Below the pieces are notes generated by a model that had not been told where the DNA came from, ran no database searches, and was given only the letters and a program-made list of their open reading frames with translations. From an uncultured Chitinophagales bacterium (GTDB lineage: Bacteria > Bacteroidota > Rhodothermia > Balneolales > HLUCCA01): DNA of 64,000 bases. The translations under genes and the position numbers were made by a program. The first letter of the stretch is position 1. Every line of letters begins with the position of its first letter. The stretch covers positions 64,601 through 128,600 of the forward strand of contig CAYYPL010000008.1 in NCBI GenBank assembly GCA_964473555.1, written 5' to 3'. Positions 48,775-60,456 of this stretch are shown here, piece after piece.

Positions 48775-49839
48775 ATGGCTAAAACCTATTTAATAACCGG
48801 AGCAGCAGGTTTTATTGGATTCCATGTGGTCCAGGAACTTCTGAAGCGTGGAGACACCGTAATTGGACTGGATAACATCAACGATTATTATGAGGTGAAC
48901 CTTAAATACGACAGACTTGCCCAAACCGGAATCCATCGCGAATCCATCTTCGATAATGAGCTCATCGGCAGTGTCACGCATCCAAATTATCGCTTTATCA
49001 AAGCGGATCTTCAGGACGCAAAACGGGTCTATCATCTGTTTGAGACCCATGGAATTACTCATGTTTGTAACCTCGCTGCGCAGGCCGGCGTGCGTTATTC
49101 ACTTGAGAATCCGAATCGTTATGTTGAGAGCAATGTACAAGGATTCATGAATATCCTGGAATCCTGCCGTCATCACGGGATTCAAAATCTGGTCTTTGCG
49201 AGTACCTCCAGTGTGTATGGACTAAACACACGTATGCCGTACTCGGAAAAGCATTCAACGGAACACCCCATCACATTATATGCTGCGACTAAAAAAGCCA
49301 ATGAAGTAATGGCCCACAGTTATGCGCACTTGTTCGGAATTCCAACCACAGGTCTACGCTTTTTCACGGTTTATGGTCCATGGGGACGTCCGGACATGGC
49401 ATTTAGTCTGTTCACCAAGGCCATTTTCAACGGTGAACCAATCAAGGTGTACAACTACGGCAATATGATCCGGGATTTTACTTATATCGATGACATCGTA
49501 GACGGTATCATACGCTGTCTAGACCATCCAGCCACTCCAAAAGCTGATTGGAACGAGGGTGATCGCCCTGATCCTTCGGCCTCCAGTGCTCCCTATCGCA
49601 TCTTTAACATAGGAAATGCTACACCTGTGACCTTAAATGAATATATAGACGTCATTGAAGAAGCGATTGGGATTCCGGCTATACGTGAACTGATGCCGAT
49701 CCAACCAGGCGATGTGGTTGCCACTCATGCCGATGTTACTGCTATCATTAAAGAACGCGGATATAATCCACAAACGCCTGTCAGAGAGGGAATAAGAAAA
49801 TTTATCTCCTGGTACCGTTCGTACTACCGTATCCAATAA
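48775..49839 (+). CDS. NAD-dependent sugar-nucleotide epimerase (UDP-glucuronate 4-epimerase-like)
   Basis: ITGAAGFIGFH, catalytic YAATK, and GLDNINDYYEVNLKYDRL, typical of the Cap1J/LpsL-type subfamily. Confidence 0.75.
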   Translation: MAKTYLITGAAGFIGFHVVQELLKRGDTVIGLDNINDYYEVNLKYDRLAQTGIHRESIFDNELIGSVTHPNYRFIKADLQDAKRVYHLFETHGITHVCNLAAQAGVRYSLENPNRYVESNVQGFMNILESCRHHGIQNLVFASTSSVYGLNTRMPYSEKHSTEHPITLYAATKKANEVMAHSYAHLFGIPTTGLRFFTVYGPWGRPDMAFSLFTKAIFNGEPIKVYNYGNMIRDFTYIDDIVDGIIRCLDHPATPKADWNEGDRPDPSASSAPYRIFNIGNATPVTLNEYIDVIEEAIGIPAIRELMPIQPGDVVATHADVTAIIKERGYNPQTPVREGIRKFISWYRSYYRIQ

Positions 49840-49851
49840 CGATTTCATCCC

Positions 49852-50985
49852 ATGCAACGAACTATTCAGATGGTCGACCTTAAGGCGCAATACGAGCGGA
49901 TTAAGGATGAAATTGACCAAGCGGTATTAACTGCCATAGCTGAAACCGCTTATATCAATGGTCCCGATGTAAAATTGTTTGCCAATGAACTGGCAACGTA
50001 CAACAAGGTAAAACACGTGATTCCATGTGCCAATGGAACCGATGCGTTACAAATAGCACTGATGGCGCTCGATGCCCAACCGGGTGATGAGGTGATCGTT
50101 CCTACATTTACCTACATTGCAACTGTCGAAGTCATTGCATTGCTGCACCTTAAACCGGTGTTTGTGGATGTGGATCCGGATACGTTTCAAATGCAGATTG
50201 ATGGACTCGAGTCGTTGATCACAGATCGAACGGTCGCAATTGTCCCCGTGCATCTTTACGGACAATGCGCCGATATGGAATCTATCCTGAAAATCGCAAA
50301 TGACCGAAATATTGCCGTGATTGAAGATACCGCACAGGCTATCGGAGCGGTCAGCACGTTTTCGGACGGGAGTACACACGTTGCGGGAACGATGGGTGCG
50401 ATTGGTACAACATCTTTCTTTCCATCTAAAAATCTGGGTTGTTATGGGGATGGTGGAGCCATGTACACCAATGATGATACACTAGCAGCAAAGATGAACA
50501 TGATTGCGAATCACGGACAATCCCGTAAGTATTATCACGATTCTATTGGAGTCAACTCCCGGCTTGACACGCTTCAGGCAGCCATTTTGAGAGTGAAACT
50601 CAAATATCTGGATCAATACACTGAAGCCCGTAACCAGGTCGCACGGGTCTATGATGAAGCTTTTGCCGGGCACCCTATGATCCAGACTCCGGTCAGATGT
50701 TCCTGGTCCACGCACGTATTTCATCAATATACCCTGAAGCTAAAGGGCGTGGATCGAGATGCGTTCAAAGAACACATGCAGCACAATGGAATACCAACTA
50801 TGGTGTATTATCCGCTCCCGGTTCATCTGCAAAAAGCCTATACCGGATATGGATACAAAGCAGGAGATTTCCCGATCGCTGAAGCCCTGTGCAACTCGGT
50901 GGTCTCTCTACCCATCCATACCGAGATGAAGGCTGATGATCAGCAGTATATCATTGAACAGACCCTTAGTTTTTTCGGAAAATGA
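49852..50985 (+). CDS. DegT/DnrJ/EryC1 aminotransferase, WbpE-like
   Basis: VDLKAQY..., [10 protein letters not shown], and PLP Lys in [15 protein letters not shown]. Adjacent to WbpD- and WbpB-like genes. Confidence 0.8.
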   Translation: MQRTIQMVDLKAQYERIKDEIDQAVLTAIAETAYINGPDVKLFANELATYNKVKHVIPCANGTDALQIALMALDAQPGDEVIVPTFTYIATVEVIALLHLKPVFVDVDPDTFQMQIDGLESLITDRTVAIVPVHLYGQCADMESILKIANDRNIAVIEDTAQAIGAVSTFSDGSTHVAGTMGAIGTTSFFPSKNLGCYGDGGAMYTNDDTLAAKMNMIANHGQSRKYYHDSIGVNSRLDTLQAAILRVKLKYLDQYTEARNQVARVYDEAFAGHPMIQTPVRCSWSTHVFHQYTLKLKGVDRDAFKEHMQHNGIPTMVYYPLPVHLQKAYTGYGYKAGDFPIAEALCNSVVSLPIHTEMKADDQQYIIEQTLSFFGK

Positions 50986-51554
50986 GTACCTATTTTGCCC
51001 ACGAAACCGCTGTGATCGATGAAGGGTGTACCATTGGAGCCGGATGTAAAATCTGGCATTTTTCGCACATCATGCCCAAAGCAATACTTGGAGAAAACTG
51101 TAATATCGGACAAAATGTGGTTGTCTCTCCCGGAGTTGTTTTAGGTAAAAACTGCAAAGTGCAGAACAATGTATCCATTTACACGGGAGTAACCTGCGAA
51201 GACGATGTATTCATGGGTCCATCGATGGTTTTTACCAATGTCATTAATCCAAGAAGTGCGGTGAACCGACGTGATCAATACGCCAAAACTCATGTCGGAC
51301 GTGGTGCCAGCATCGGAGCAAATGCTACTATTGTGTGTGGTCACGATATAGGCAAGTTCGCATTCATCGGGGCAGGTGCCGTGGTTGTAAAGCACGTACC
51401 TGATTATGCACTTGTGGTGGGAAATCCAGCCCGACAAATAGGGTGGATGAGTGAATTTGGGCACCGGCTTGAATTCAATGCCAATGGCTTGGCGGTTTGT
51501 CCAGAAAGTGGCGACACCTATCAGCTCACTGACCATGTTGTCACAAAAGTTTAA
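50982..51554 (+). CDS. Hexapeptide-repeat N-acetyltransferase, WbpD-like
   Basis: Left-handed beta-helix repeats and C-terminal [20 protein letters not shown] overlap with the upstream gene. Confidence 0.8.
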   Translation: MSTYFAHETAVIDEGCTIGAGCKIWHFSHIMPKAILGENCNIGQNVVVSPGVVLGKNCKVQNNVSIYTGVTCEDDVFMGPSMVFTNVINPRSAVNRRDQYAKTHVGRGASIGANATIVCGHDIGKFAFIGAGAVVVKHVPDYALVVGNPARQIGWMSEFGHRLEFNANGLAVCPESGDTYQLTDHVVTKV

Positions 51555-52538
<984 letters not shown>

Positions 52539-52544
52539 CTCTGC

Positions 52545-53396
52545 ATGAAAGATCTAAAAGTAACTCTGTACTCTCCGAAATCGTCGCTTTCTAATCCAGT
52601 AAAGATGGCCAAAGCCCTTTTGGGCGATCTGGTTGGCAGCAGGGAACTGGCGTGGCGATTGTCGGTTAGGGACATCAGTGCTCAGTACAGACAAGCTGCG
52701 CTTGGTATACTTTGGGCATTTATTCTTCCACTGGTAAATACATTTACGTGGGTTTTTTTGAGTGAATCTGGAATCGTTGCAGTTAGTGAAACCGATATTC
52801 CGTATCCCGTGTATGTGTTCGTTGGGACCATGTTATGGCAGATACTTGTAGACGCCATCAATGCTCCGCTCACCGAAACAACAGCCGCCAAGGCAATGCT
52901 TGCCAAATTGAACTTTCCCAGAGAAGCCATCATCATGGCGGGTGTATACAAAACCCTGTTCAATGCGCTTATCAAAGTGGTTCTGGTAGTCACGGCCATC
53001 GCTTTTTTTGGAATTTATCCAACCTGGAGCCTGCTTTGGTTACCCGTTGCACTGTTCTCCATGATATTGGTAGGGACTGCAATTGGTCTTTTGATCACAC
53101 CGATAGGCATTCTGTATACAGACATTGGCAAAGCGATCCCTTTGTTCATGCAATTTTTGATGTATGTCTCACCCGTGGTCTTTGCGATGCCACAATCTGG
53201 TCTGGCGGCATTGATATTCAAGGCGAATCCGTTTTCGTATCTGATTTTGACGGGCAGGAGCTGGATTACCGGCTCGGAAGTGCTGTTTTTAGATGGATTT
53301 ATTCTGGTTAATGTGATTTTCTTCGTACTACTTCTTGTCGTGTTGGTCATTTACAGACTCGCAATGCCTATCCTAATAGAGCGCATGAGCGCCTGA
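52545..53396 (+). CDS. ABC-2 type polysaccharide export permease (Wzm-like)
   Basis: 6-TM ABC-2 profile, RDISAQYRQAALGILWAFILP N-terminal block. Confidence 0.85.
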   Translation: MKDLKVTLYSPKSSLSNPVKMAKALLGDLVGSRELAWRLSVRDISAQYRQAALGILWAFILPLVNTFTWVFLSESGIVAVSETDIPYPVYVFVGTMLWQILVDAINAPLTETTAAKAMLAKLNFPREAIIMAGVYKTLFNALIKVVLVVTAIAFFGIYPTWSLLWLPVALFSMILVGTAIGLLITPIGILYTDIGKAIPLFMQFLMYVSPVVFAMPQSGLAALIFKANPFSYLILTGRSWITGSEVLFLDGFILVNVIFFVLLLVVLVIYRLAMPILIERMSA

Positions 53397-53421
53397 TATT
53401 CCCCTCAAGTAATTCTATTTC

Positions 53422-54657
53422 ATGTCTAAAGAAGTTTTGATCAGCGTTAAAGACGTCTCTAAAAAGTTCAGTAAAGATCTAAAACGCTCGTTATGGTATG
53501 GTATGACCGACATCGGGAAAGAGATTTTCGGTATGTCGGAACACAAACGGGATGAACTCAGAAGCACCGAATTCTGGGCGGTAAAAAATGTGTCTTTTGA
53601 GCTGAAACGTGGAGACTGCCTGGGGCTCATCGGAAGAAACGGTGCTGGAAAGACTACGCTGCTAAAAATGATGAACGGTTTGGTCAAGCCTGATCAGGGC
53701 AGTATTGAAATGCGAGGCCGAGTAGGTGCATTGATCTCATTGGGAACCGGATTTGATCCGATTTTGACAGGCAGAGAGAATATCTATGTAAATGCATCGA
53801 TTCTAGGTATAAAAAAAGCCGATATCGATGAAAAAGTCGATGAAATCATCGACTTTGCCGAACTGGGAGACTTCATCGAATCACCGGTGCGTAGTTACAG
53901 TTCGGGGATGGTAAGTCGGCTTGGATTCTCCATCGCGGTGCACATGAAACCCGATATTCTGATTTTGGACGAGGTTTTGGCAGTCGGTGATGCCGGGTTC
54001 AAGATGAAATCTCTGAACAAAATGTATGAGATCATGAACGACACGGCGGTGATCTTTGTGAATCACAACATGGCAACACTTTCCCGGGTATGTAATAAAG
54101 TATTGTATCTCAAGGATGGTACTCCGCACTATTTTGGCGAAAACGTACTGACAGGAATTGAAATGTATCTTTCCCAGTTCGAAGATGAAGCTGGATATAT
54201 TGACTACAATGAAAAAGCACAGTTCTCCAACATCGATGTGAGGTCAGGATCACCCCGCGGACTAGACCTTAAAGGACGACCGGTTCTGCTTCATCATGAC
54301 GATATGATCCTTGATTTGGAATACCTGCTCGACACGTCGATTGATGCACATCGGGTAAGTATTGTGATTTCAAACAAAGACTTTCTGACGCTTGGATTCC
54401 ACAAGACCCAAACATTACACAATGCGGTGGATGGTCATAACCGAATACAGATTCGTATCCCGAAGTTGAATTTGACCAACGGCGAGTACAGCATTACATT
54501 TAAGATCAGCAGTGCTTCGGGTGATGATGAACTTCCGGTGAATTATGCCACCTACCGACACTGGAAAAAATTCAAAATCGAGGGACTCAAAGAGTTCAAC
54601 AGTGTACCCTTTATCCTACAAGGTTCAGTAGAGTCTATCGCTCTGAATCATTCATAA
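53422..54657 (+). CDS. Polysaccharide ABC exporter ATPase (Wzt-like) with C-terminal extra domain
   Basis: Walker A GRNGAGKTTLLK, signature YSSGM, Walker B ILILDEVL. About 160 extra C-terminal residues, as in glycan-binding Wzt proteins. Confidence 0.88.
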   Translation: MSKEVLISVKDVSKKFSKDLKRSLWYGMTDIGKEIFGMSEHKRDELRSTEFWAVKNVSFELKRGDCLGLIGRNGAGKTTLLKMMNGLVKPDQGSIEMRGRVGALISLGTGFDPILTGRENIYVNASILGIKKADIDEKVDEIIDFAELGDFIESPVRSYSSGMVSRLGFSIAVHMKPDILILDEVLAVGDAGFKMKSLNKMYEIMNDTAVIFVNHNMATLSRVCNKVLYLKDGTPHYFGENVLTGIEMYLSQFEDEAGYIDYNEKAQFSNIDVRSGSPRGLDLKGRPVLLHHDDMILDLEYLLDTSIDAHRVSIVISNKDFLTLGFHKTQTLHNAVDGHNRIQIRIPKLNLTNGEYSITFKISSASGDDELPVNYATYRHWKKFKIEGLKEFNSVPFILQGSVESIALNHS

Positions 54658-54672
54658 CGTTGCAATAATACC

Positions 54673-55686
54673 ATGGATTTAAACGGAAAATCGATATTAA
54701 TCACTGGAGGTACCGGTTCATTAGGACGGGCATTTATCGCACGTGTACTGCGAGACTGGCCCAAGGTTGAACGACTGGTCATCTTTTCAAGGGATGAGCA
54801 GAAACAGTTCGAAATGGCTCAGGATTATCCGCACGAAACCTACCCAATGATTCGCTTTTTCATCGGTGATGTGCGCGATTATGCCAGACTTGTCCGAGCA
54901 TTGAGCGGAATCGATTATGTCATCCATGCCGCAGCCATGAAGCACGTGCCTATTGCCGAGTATAACCCGGATGAATGTGTCAAGACCAACATCAACGGAG
55001 CAGAAAACCTGATTCGTGCCTGTCTTGAAAACAAGGTTGAAAAAGTTGTGGCCCTGTCGACCGATAAAGCGGCAGCACCAATTAATCTGTATGGTGCCAC
55101 GAAATTGGTGTCCGACAAGTTGTTTATAGCGGCCAATAACATCAAAGGCGACCGCAAGATCACCTTTTCAGTGGTCAGATATGGCAATGTGATGGGTTCA
55201 AACGGATCGGTCATCCCATTTTTCCTGAAAAAGCGCAAAGATGGTATTCTACCCATAACTCATCCCGAAATGACCCGATTCAACATTACGCTTGAAGGCG
55301 GAGTGAACATGGTTCTGCACGCATTGGACACTGCCTGGGGCGGGGAGCTGTTCGTGCCGAAGTTACCATCTTACCGTATTTTGGATGTAGCTGAAGCAAT
55401 CGGTCCAGAGTGTGAGAAACCAGTCATAGGAATTCGTCCTGGTGAGAAGATCCACGAAGAGATGATTACCTCATCGGATTCGTTTTATACCTACGATCTG
55501 GGTAGTTATTATGCTATTCTTCCCTCTGTTCATAAATGGAAAATCGAGGACTTTGTGTCCCATTTCAATGCCATAAAAGTCCCTAAAGGATTTCAGTACA
55601 ACTCGGGAGAGAACGACGACTGGGTGAGTGTTGAAGCACTTCGAACACTCATAACCGAACACGTAGATCCCGATTTCAAGGCATAA
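54673..55686 (+). CDS. pseB: UDP-N-acetylglucosamine 4,6-dehydratase (inverting)
   Basis: ILITGGTGSLG...FSRDEQKQ...FFIGDVRD...YGATK matches PseB/FlaA1. Confidence 0.9.
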   Translation: MDLNGKSILITGGTGSLGRAFIARVLRDWPKVERLVIFSRDEQKQFEMAQDYPHETYPMIRFFIGDVRDYARLVRALSGIDYVIHAAAMKHVPIAEYNPDECVKTNINGAENLIRACLENKVEKVVALSTDKAAAPINLYGATKLVSDKLFIAANNIKGDRKITFSVVRYGNVMGSNGSVIPFFLKKRKDGILPITHPEMTRFNITLEGGVNMVLHALDTAWGGELFVPKLPSYRILDVAEAIGPECEKPVIGIRPGEKIHEEMITSSDSFYTYDLGSYYAILPSVHKWKIEDFVSHFNAIKVPKGFQYNSGENDDWVSVEALRTLITEHVDPDFKA

Positions 55687-55689
55687 TTG

Positions 55690-56922
55690 ATGTCATACAA
55701 GCAGATCATCCCATACGGTCGCCAGAACATCACTCCCGAAGATATTCAGGAGGTATCTCGGGTACTGCAGTCAGATTATCTCACTCAGGGTCCGGAAATT
55801 CCACGATTTGAGCAGGCATTTGCAGATTATGTTGGAGCGAAATATGCTGTAGCGGTGTCGAATGGAACCGCAGCGCTACATCTTTGCGCCATGGCGCTGA
55901 ATGTTGCTGCTGGACAAAAGGTTATCACTTCGCCCATTACTTTCGCGGCATCTGGTAACTGTGTACGCTACTGCGGTGGGGAAGTCGATTTTGCTGATAT
56001 CAATCCAGATACGTATTTATTGGACATAAACGCTGTCCGTCGGAAACTGGAAGCTGCACCAAAGGGAACCTACGCTGGGATAATCCCGGTAGATTTTGCC
56101 GGGCGCGCTGTGAATCTGGAAGCGTTCAGGAACCTCGCCGATGAGCACGGACTCTGGATTATCGAAGACGCCTGCCACGCGCCGGGCGGATTCTTCGTTG
56201 ACAGCTCCGGCGCCGAACAACGCTGCGGAAACGGCGCCTTCGCCGACCTGGCCATCTTCTCGTTTCATCCGGTCAAGCACATCGCAGCCGGCGAAGGCGG
56301 CATGATCACCACAAATAATCCAGAGCTGTACGAGCGACTGCTCGTTCTGCGCACCCACGGCATCACCAAGCAAACCAGTGCATTCACCCAATCCATGAGC
56401 TTCGCTGCCGGACTCGACGGTCCCCTTCGCGACGGCACTAACCCAGCATCGACGGCACCAGACGCTGCTCCCGGCTGGTACATGGAAATGCAGGAGCTTG
56501 GCTATAACTACCGTCTTACCGACTTCCAGGCCGCGCTCGGTTACTCCCAACTCCAACGCGCCGACTCCGGACTCGCGCGCCGAAGAGCCCTTGCCGACCG
56601 ATACGCTCATGCTTTCCACGGCAACCCCTACGCCCTTGGCCAGTCCGGATCGGTCCCAGGCCACGCGTACCACCTTTACATTCTCGAAACTCCCCGAAGA
56701 CTCAAGCTTTATCATCACCTTCGGACCCAGGGAATCTACGCCCAGGTGCATTACATCCCGCTTCACCTCATGCCGTACTACCGAAATCTCGGGTTCAAAC
56801 CGGGCGATTTTCCGCATGCTGAAGCCTACTATCGCGGGTGTCTGAGTTTACCGATGTATCCAACGCTTACCGACGAACAACAAGATTTCGTGATCGAATC
56901 CATTGAACGTTTCTTTACTTAA
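55690..56922 (+). CDS. pseC: UDP-4-amino-4,6-dideoxy-N-acetyl-beta-L-altrosamine transaminase
   Basis: IPYGRQNITPEDI, SNGTAALHL, PLP Lys in FSFHPVKHI. ATG at 55690 (TTG at 55687). The 3' two-thirds is conspicuously GC-rich. Confidence 0.88.
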   Translation: MSYKQIIPYGRQNITPEDIQEVSRVLQSDYLTQGPEIPRFEQAFADYVGAKYAVAVSNGTAALHLCAMALNVAAGQKVITSPITFAASGNCVRYCGGEVDFADINPDTYLLDINAVRRKLEAAPKGTYAGIIPVDFAGRAVNLEAFRNLADEHGLWIIEDACHAPGGFFVDSSGAEQRCGNGAFADLAIFSFHPVKHIAAGEGGMITTNNPELYERLLVLRTHGITKQTSAFTQSMSFAAGLDGPLRDGTNPASTAPDAAPGWYMEMQELGYNYRLTDFQAALGYSQLQRADSGLARRRALADRYAHAFHGNPYALGQSGSVPGHAYHLYILETPRRLKLYHHLRTQGIYAQVHYIPLHLMPYYRNLGFKPGDFPHAEAYYRGCLSLPMYPTLTDEQQDFVIESIERFFT

Positions 56923-57745
56923 CTCCTCGCGCATTGGACTCGGAACCGTGCAATTCGGTCTGCCTTACGGCATCTCGAATCGCACGGGCCAACCCGACAA
57001 AAACACCGTCAGATCGGTACTTGACCTGGCGCTTCGCAACGATATATCGGTGATGGACACTGCCAGTGCATACGGAACAGCCGAATTGGTACTCGGTGAA
57101 ATTGGAACTGATGGATTTCAAGTCGTGTCCAAGTACATGCCCCCGGAGAGTAATGTGAGTATCGAAGAGCAACTTCACAACACGCTGGCGATTTTAAAAC
57201 AGGATTCACTCTACGGATATTTATCCCATCGCCCTCAAAATCTACTCAAGCATCCCGAGCAATGGGAAATACTGAATGAGCAAAAAACGGAAGGCTTTGT
57301 TCACAAGATCGGTTACAGTCTGAACGAACCCGCTGAGCTGGATCAGCTTCTCGAAGTGGGAATGATTCCCGATCTGGTTCAGGTCCCGGTGAATTATTTC
57401 GACCATAGATTTGTACCCTATTTCGATACGTTGAAATCTCTCGGAACTGAAATTCACGCGCGATCTGCATACTTGCAGGGACTTTTTTTTCTCCGTGATT
57501 TTCCCCAGAGATTCACCCCGATCGCTCATACCGTGCGTAACTTGCAGGCATCGATTTCGAACCTGCCAGCCGCTCTTCTGGCGCATGTGCTGAGCTACAA
57601 GCATATCGATAAAGTGATCATCGGAGTGCAGAACCCAGCTCAATTGTCAGATGTGATCAATTCCCTGGGCTCTGCCGAACCTCTGCCAGACTTTTCCGAA
57701 CAACTGCCCGACGACATCCTTATGCCATCAAAATGGAGTCACTGA
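56903..57745 (+). CDS. Aldo/keto reductase
   Basis: IGLGTVQFG...DTASAYG AKR N-terminal blocks. The only in-frame start upstream of these blocks is TTG 56903, overlapping pseC by 20 nt. Confidence 0.75.
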   Translation: MNVSLLNSSRIGLGTVQFGLPYGISNRTGQPDKNTVRSVLDLALRNDISVMDTASAYGTAELVLGEIGTDGFQVVSKYMPPESNVSIEEQLHNTLAILKQDSLYGYLSHRPQNLLKHPEQWEILNEQKTEGFVHKIGYSLNEPAELDQLLEVGMIPDLVQVPVNYFDHRFVPYFDTLKSLGTEIHARSAYLQGLFFLRDFPQRFTPIAHTVRNLQASISNLPAALLAHVLSYKHIDKVIIGVQNPAQLSDVINSLGSAEPLPDFSEQLPDDILMPSKWSH

Positions 57746-57746
57746 T

Positions 57747-58532
57747 ATGACACGTACATTTGATCTGACCGCTAAAATTGTGGCCATCACGGGTGGATAT
57801 GGCTATCTCGGTTCTGCTATCGTCCAAAGTTTGATCCACCATGGAGCAACTGTTTATGTGCTCGGGAGATCAGAATTGAAGTTTGATCAGGCCTTTTCCG
57901 GACATGATGAACAAGAAAATACTCTGTATTTCACAAAATGTGATATTTCAGATACTGCATCGATGCAAAGCGCCTTTAAAAGCATTGATTTGGCTGAAGG
58001 ACGCATCGATGTGCTGATCAACAATGCCTTTTTTCTGAAAGGTCAGCATCCATTTACCATGTCCGACGATGACTTTGCCACAGGAATCGATGGAACACTG
58101 AACAGTGTGTTCCGTGCCACCCGCGATGCAATTCCATACCTCAGAAAAAGTACAGCAGGACGCATTATCAATGTGTCGTCGATGTACGGCATCGTGGCGC
58201 CGGACTTCAGTGTGTATGATGAGAATCCCGAGATGTGGAATCCACCGCACTATGGGGCGGCAAAAGCAGGTGTTGGTCAACTAACCAGATATTATGCCAG
58301 CGCTCTCGGAAAAGAAGGCATTACAGTGAATGCGGTGGCTCCAGGGCCGTTTCCATCTACTCAGGTGCAGCAAAAAACCGAGTTCATTGATAAGCTGGGA
58401 TCAAAAACCTGCCTCGGACGCATCGGTCAGCCCGATGAGCTCGCTGGTATCTTTGTATATCTGGCCTCAGATGCGTCATCCTACACAACCGGACAGACAT
58501 TCAGTATTGACGGTGGCTGGACCACCAGATAA
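57747..58532 (+). CDS. Short-chain dehydrogenase/reductase (SDR)
   Basis: ITGGYGYLG cofactor motif, NNAF, catalytic S...YGAAK. Confidence 0.85.
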   Translation: MTRTFDLTAKIVAITGGYGYLGSAIVQSLIHHGATVYVLGRSELKFDQAFSGHDEQENTLYFTKCDISDTASMQSAFKSIDLAEGRIDVLINNAFFLKGQHPFTMSDDDFATGIDGTLNSVFRATRDAIPYLRKSTAGRIINVSSMYGIVAPDFSVYDENPEMWNPPHYGAAKAGVGQLTRYYASALGKEGITVNAVAPGPFPSTQVQQKTEFIDKLGSKTCLGRIGQPDELAGIFVYLASDASSYTTGQTFSIDGGWTTR

Positions 58533-58538
58533 TCCACA

Positions 58539-59399
58539 ATGACAAATAAACCGAGCAAAATAGGATTCATTATCCAGGCACGTATGCAGTCGGAACGACT
58601 TCCGGGTAAAGTGATGCTCCCCATGCCGATAGGATCGGGTGTACCCATGCTTGAGTGCATCATCAGACAGCTAAAAGAATCTTCCCACGAGGCAACAATA
58701 GTCGTAGCAACTGCGGAGGGAAGTACAAATGATCCTATTGCTCAATGGTGTGATTCTAACAACGTCTTTTACTTCAGAGGTGACGAAAAAGATGTTTTGA
58801 GTCGGTACATGGCAATCACCCTAGAACATGATTTTGAAACGGTTGTCCGGCTAACTGCTGATAATCCATTAGTGGATCTCAGCGTACTTGATCAAGTGAT
58901 CGGTGCACATATTAAATCAGATGCAGATTACACATGCAGCTCGGGAATGCCATTGGGGATGAACATTGAGGTAGTACACGGACCGTCACTGATACAACTT
59001 GAACACCGTGAACTAAGTGATGTGGATCGTGAGCACGTAACCCATTATTTCAGGAATAACCCGGGACTCAGCGTTCATGTGGTCCACATTGCCAAAGCCA
59101 ATGAATTGGCTTCCATCCGAACCACAGTTGATTATCCCGAGGACTACGTGTTTATGTCTGCCGTATTGTCGCACAAAGCTGAAAATGACTCAGGTTTGAA
59201 TGCATTAGGGCGGTTTGCACAGAAATTTCCATTTTTGGTGGATGTAAATCGAAAGAATCTGCAGAAAAAGCAGTTTGATAATCCAAAAGTAGAACTTCAG
59301 GAAGCCGCAATTCTGTTGGAGCAGGCTGATTTGCATCGTGCTGCTCAGGTGCTTCGTGACGAACTCACATCAGGTCACATTGGAGCGACTTACGACTAA
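58539..59399 (+). CDS. SpsF-type cytidylyltransferase (putative CMP-pseudaminic acid synthetase)
   Basis: IIQARMQSERLPGKV and RLTADNPL blocks of the CTP_transf_3/SpsF family. Located between pseC and pseG, as in the B. subtilis spsC-G layout. Confidence 0.72.
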   Translation: MTNKPSKIGFIIQARMQSERLPGKVMLPMPIGSGVPMLECIIRQLKESSHEATIVVATAEGSTNDPIAQWCDSNNVFYFRGDEKDVLSRYMAITLEHDFETVVRLTADNPLVDLSVLDQVIGAHIKSDADYTCSSGMPLGMNIEVVHGPSLIQLEHRELSDVDREHVTHYFRNNPGLSVHVVHIAKANELASIRTTVDYPEDYVFMSAVLSHKAENDSGLNALGRFAQKFPFLVDVNRKNLQKKQFDNPKVELQEAAILLEQADLHRAAQVLRDELTSGHIGATYD

Positions 59400-60387
59400 A
59401 CCCCGCATTCTTTTTCGGGCCGATGGAAATGTGCAGATGGGGCTTGGACACTTGGTCCGCTCTGGTGCACTGGCCGAAATGCTGACACAGAGCTTTGCTC
59501 CAGAGTTTGTATGTCGTGAAATCGCGCCTGAAGTCAGTTCTAAGTTTCAGCTGTTGGGATTCAAGGTACACCACATTGAGCGTGAAGTTGAATTTCTGGC
59601 GATGATCGAGCCAACAGACCTGGTTGTTCTGGATGGATACAAGTTTGATCTGGGATATCAGCATCAGGTTCGGAGTAAATGTGCGGCTCTGATTTGCATC
59701 GATGATCTGATCAAAGCGGACTGCCACGCAGATTTGATTATCAATCAGTCGCCCGGAGCCCGGGAATCTGCCTACAAAACCCTTCCAGTGGCAGAATTTG
59801 CTTTGGGACTTGACTATGTGTTGCTTCGTCCGGCATTTTTAGGTGCAGCCAGGCAACAAAATGAAGTATCAAAAGGCGACCCACGGTCTGTTTTCATATG
59901 TTTTGGGGGCTCTGACGCGCAGAATCTGACCCGGTCAACCTGGGAGAAAGCTGTGCAATCCGGACGATTCAAACGGATCGTCCTGGTAACCGGAGCTTCG
60001 TACGAACACGTTGAAGAACTGAAATCCGAGGTTAGTTCACATCCGGAAACAGAACTTCATCGCGATATTACCGCTGATGAAATGCTTCGGCTGATGCTCG
60101 AATGTGGAGTCAAAGTAGTGCCTTCGAGTGGGATACTCTTTGAAGCGATGACCACCGGTGGACTGGTGTTATGTGGCTATTACACCGACAATCAAATGCC
60201 AAATCATTCGCACGTGGTTCGGATGGGAGCGGTAATCGATGTGGGAATATTCTCGGATAGAGACCTTGAGTATGGATTCGGGGCTATTGATGGATTCAAT
60301 CCGAAAAAACCGCTCATCGATGGACGCAGTCCGGAGCGATTTTTAGCTCGAATCAATGCATTGTATCACAAATTTGTCCCAGCTTGA
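59380..60387 (+). CDS. pseG: UDP-2,4-diacetamido-2,4,6-trideoxy-beta-L-altropyranose hydrolase
   Basis: ILFRADGNVQMGLGHLVRSGALA is the PseG N-terminal signature. Start ambiguous: TTG 59380 (20-nt overlap), GTG 59356 or ATG 59338. Confidence 0.7.
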   Translation: MERLTTKPRILFRADGNVQMGLGHLVRSGALAEMLTQSFAPEFVCREIAPEVSSKFQLLGFKVHHIEREVEFLAMIEPTDLVVLDGYKFDLGYQHQVRSKCAALICIDDLIKADCHADLIINQSPGARESAYKTLPVAEFALGLDYVLLRPAFLGAARQQNEVSKGDPRSVFICFGGSDAQNLTRSTWEKAVQSGRFKRIVLVTGASYEHVEELKSEVSSHPETELHRDITADEMLRLMLECGVKVVPSSGILFEAMTTGGLVLCGYYTDNQMPNHSHVVRMGAVIDVGIFSDRDLEYGFGAIDGFNPKKPLIDGRSPERFLARINALYHKFVPA

Positions 60388-60456
60388 CCAAAAGAGGGTC
60401 AACAACATTAATCTAAACGCCGACCGGCTGCGCATCCGGTCATTAGACACGTATAC

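Noticed and set aside
56017-56817. 266-aa antisense ORF inside pseC
   Set aside because: The sense strand encodes clear PseC motifs. The long antisense ORF is the expected consequence of the GC-rich segment and its lack of stop codons.
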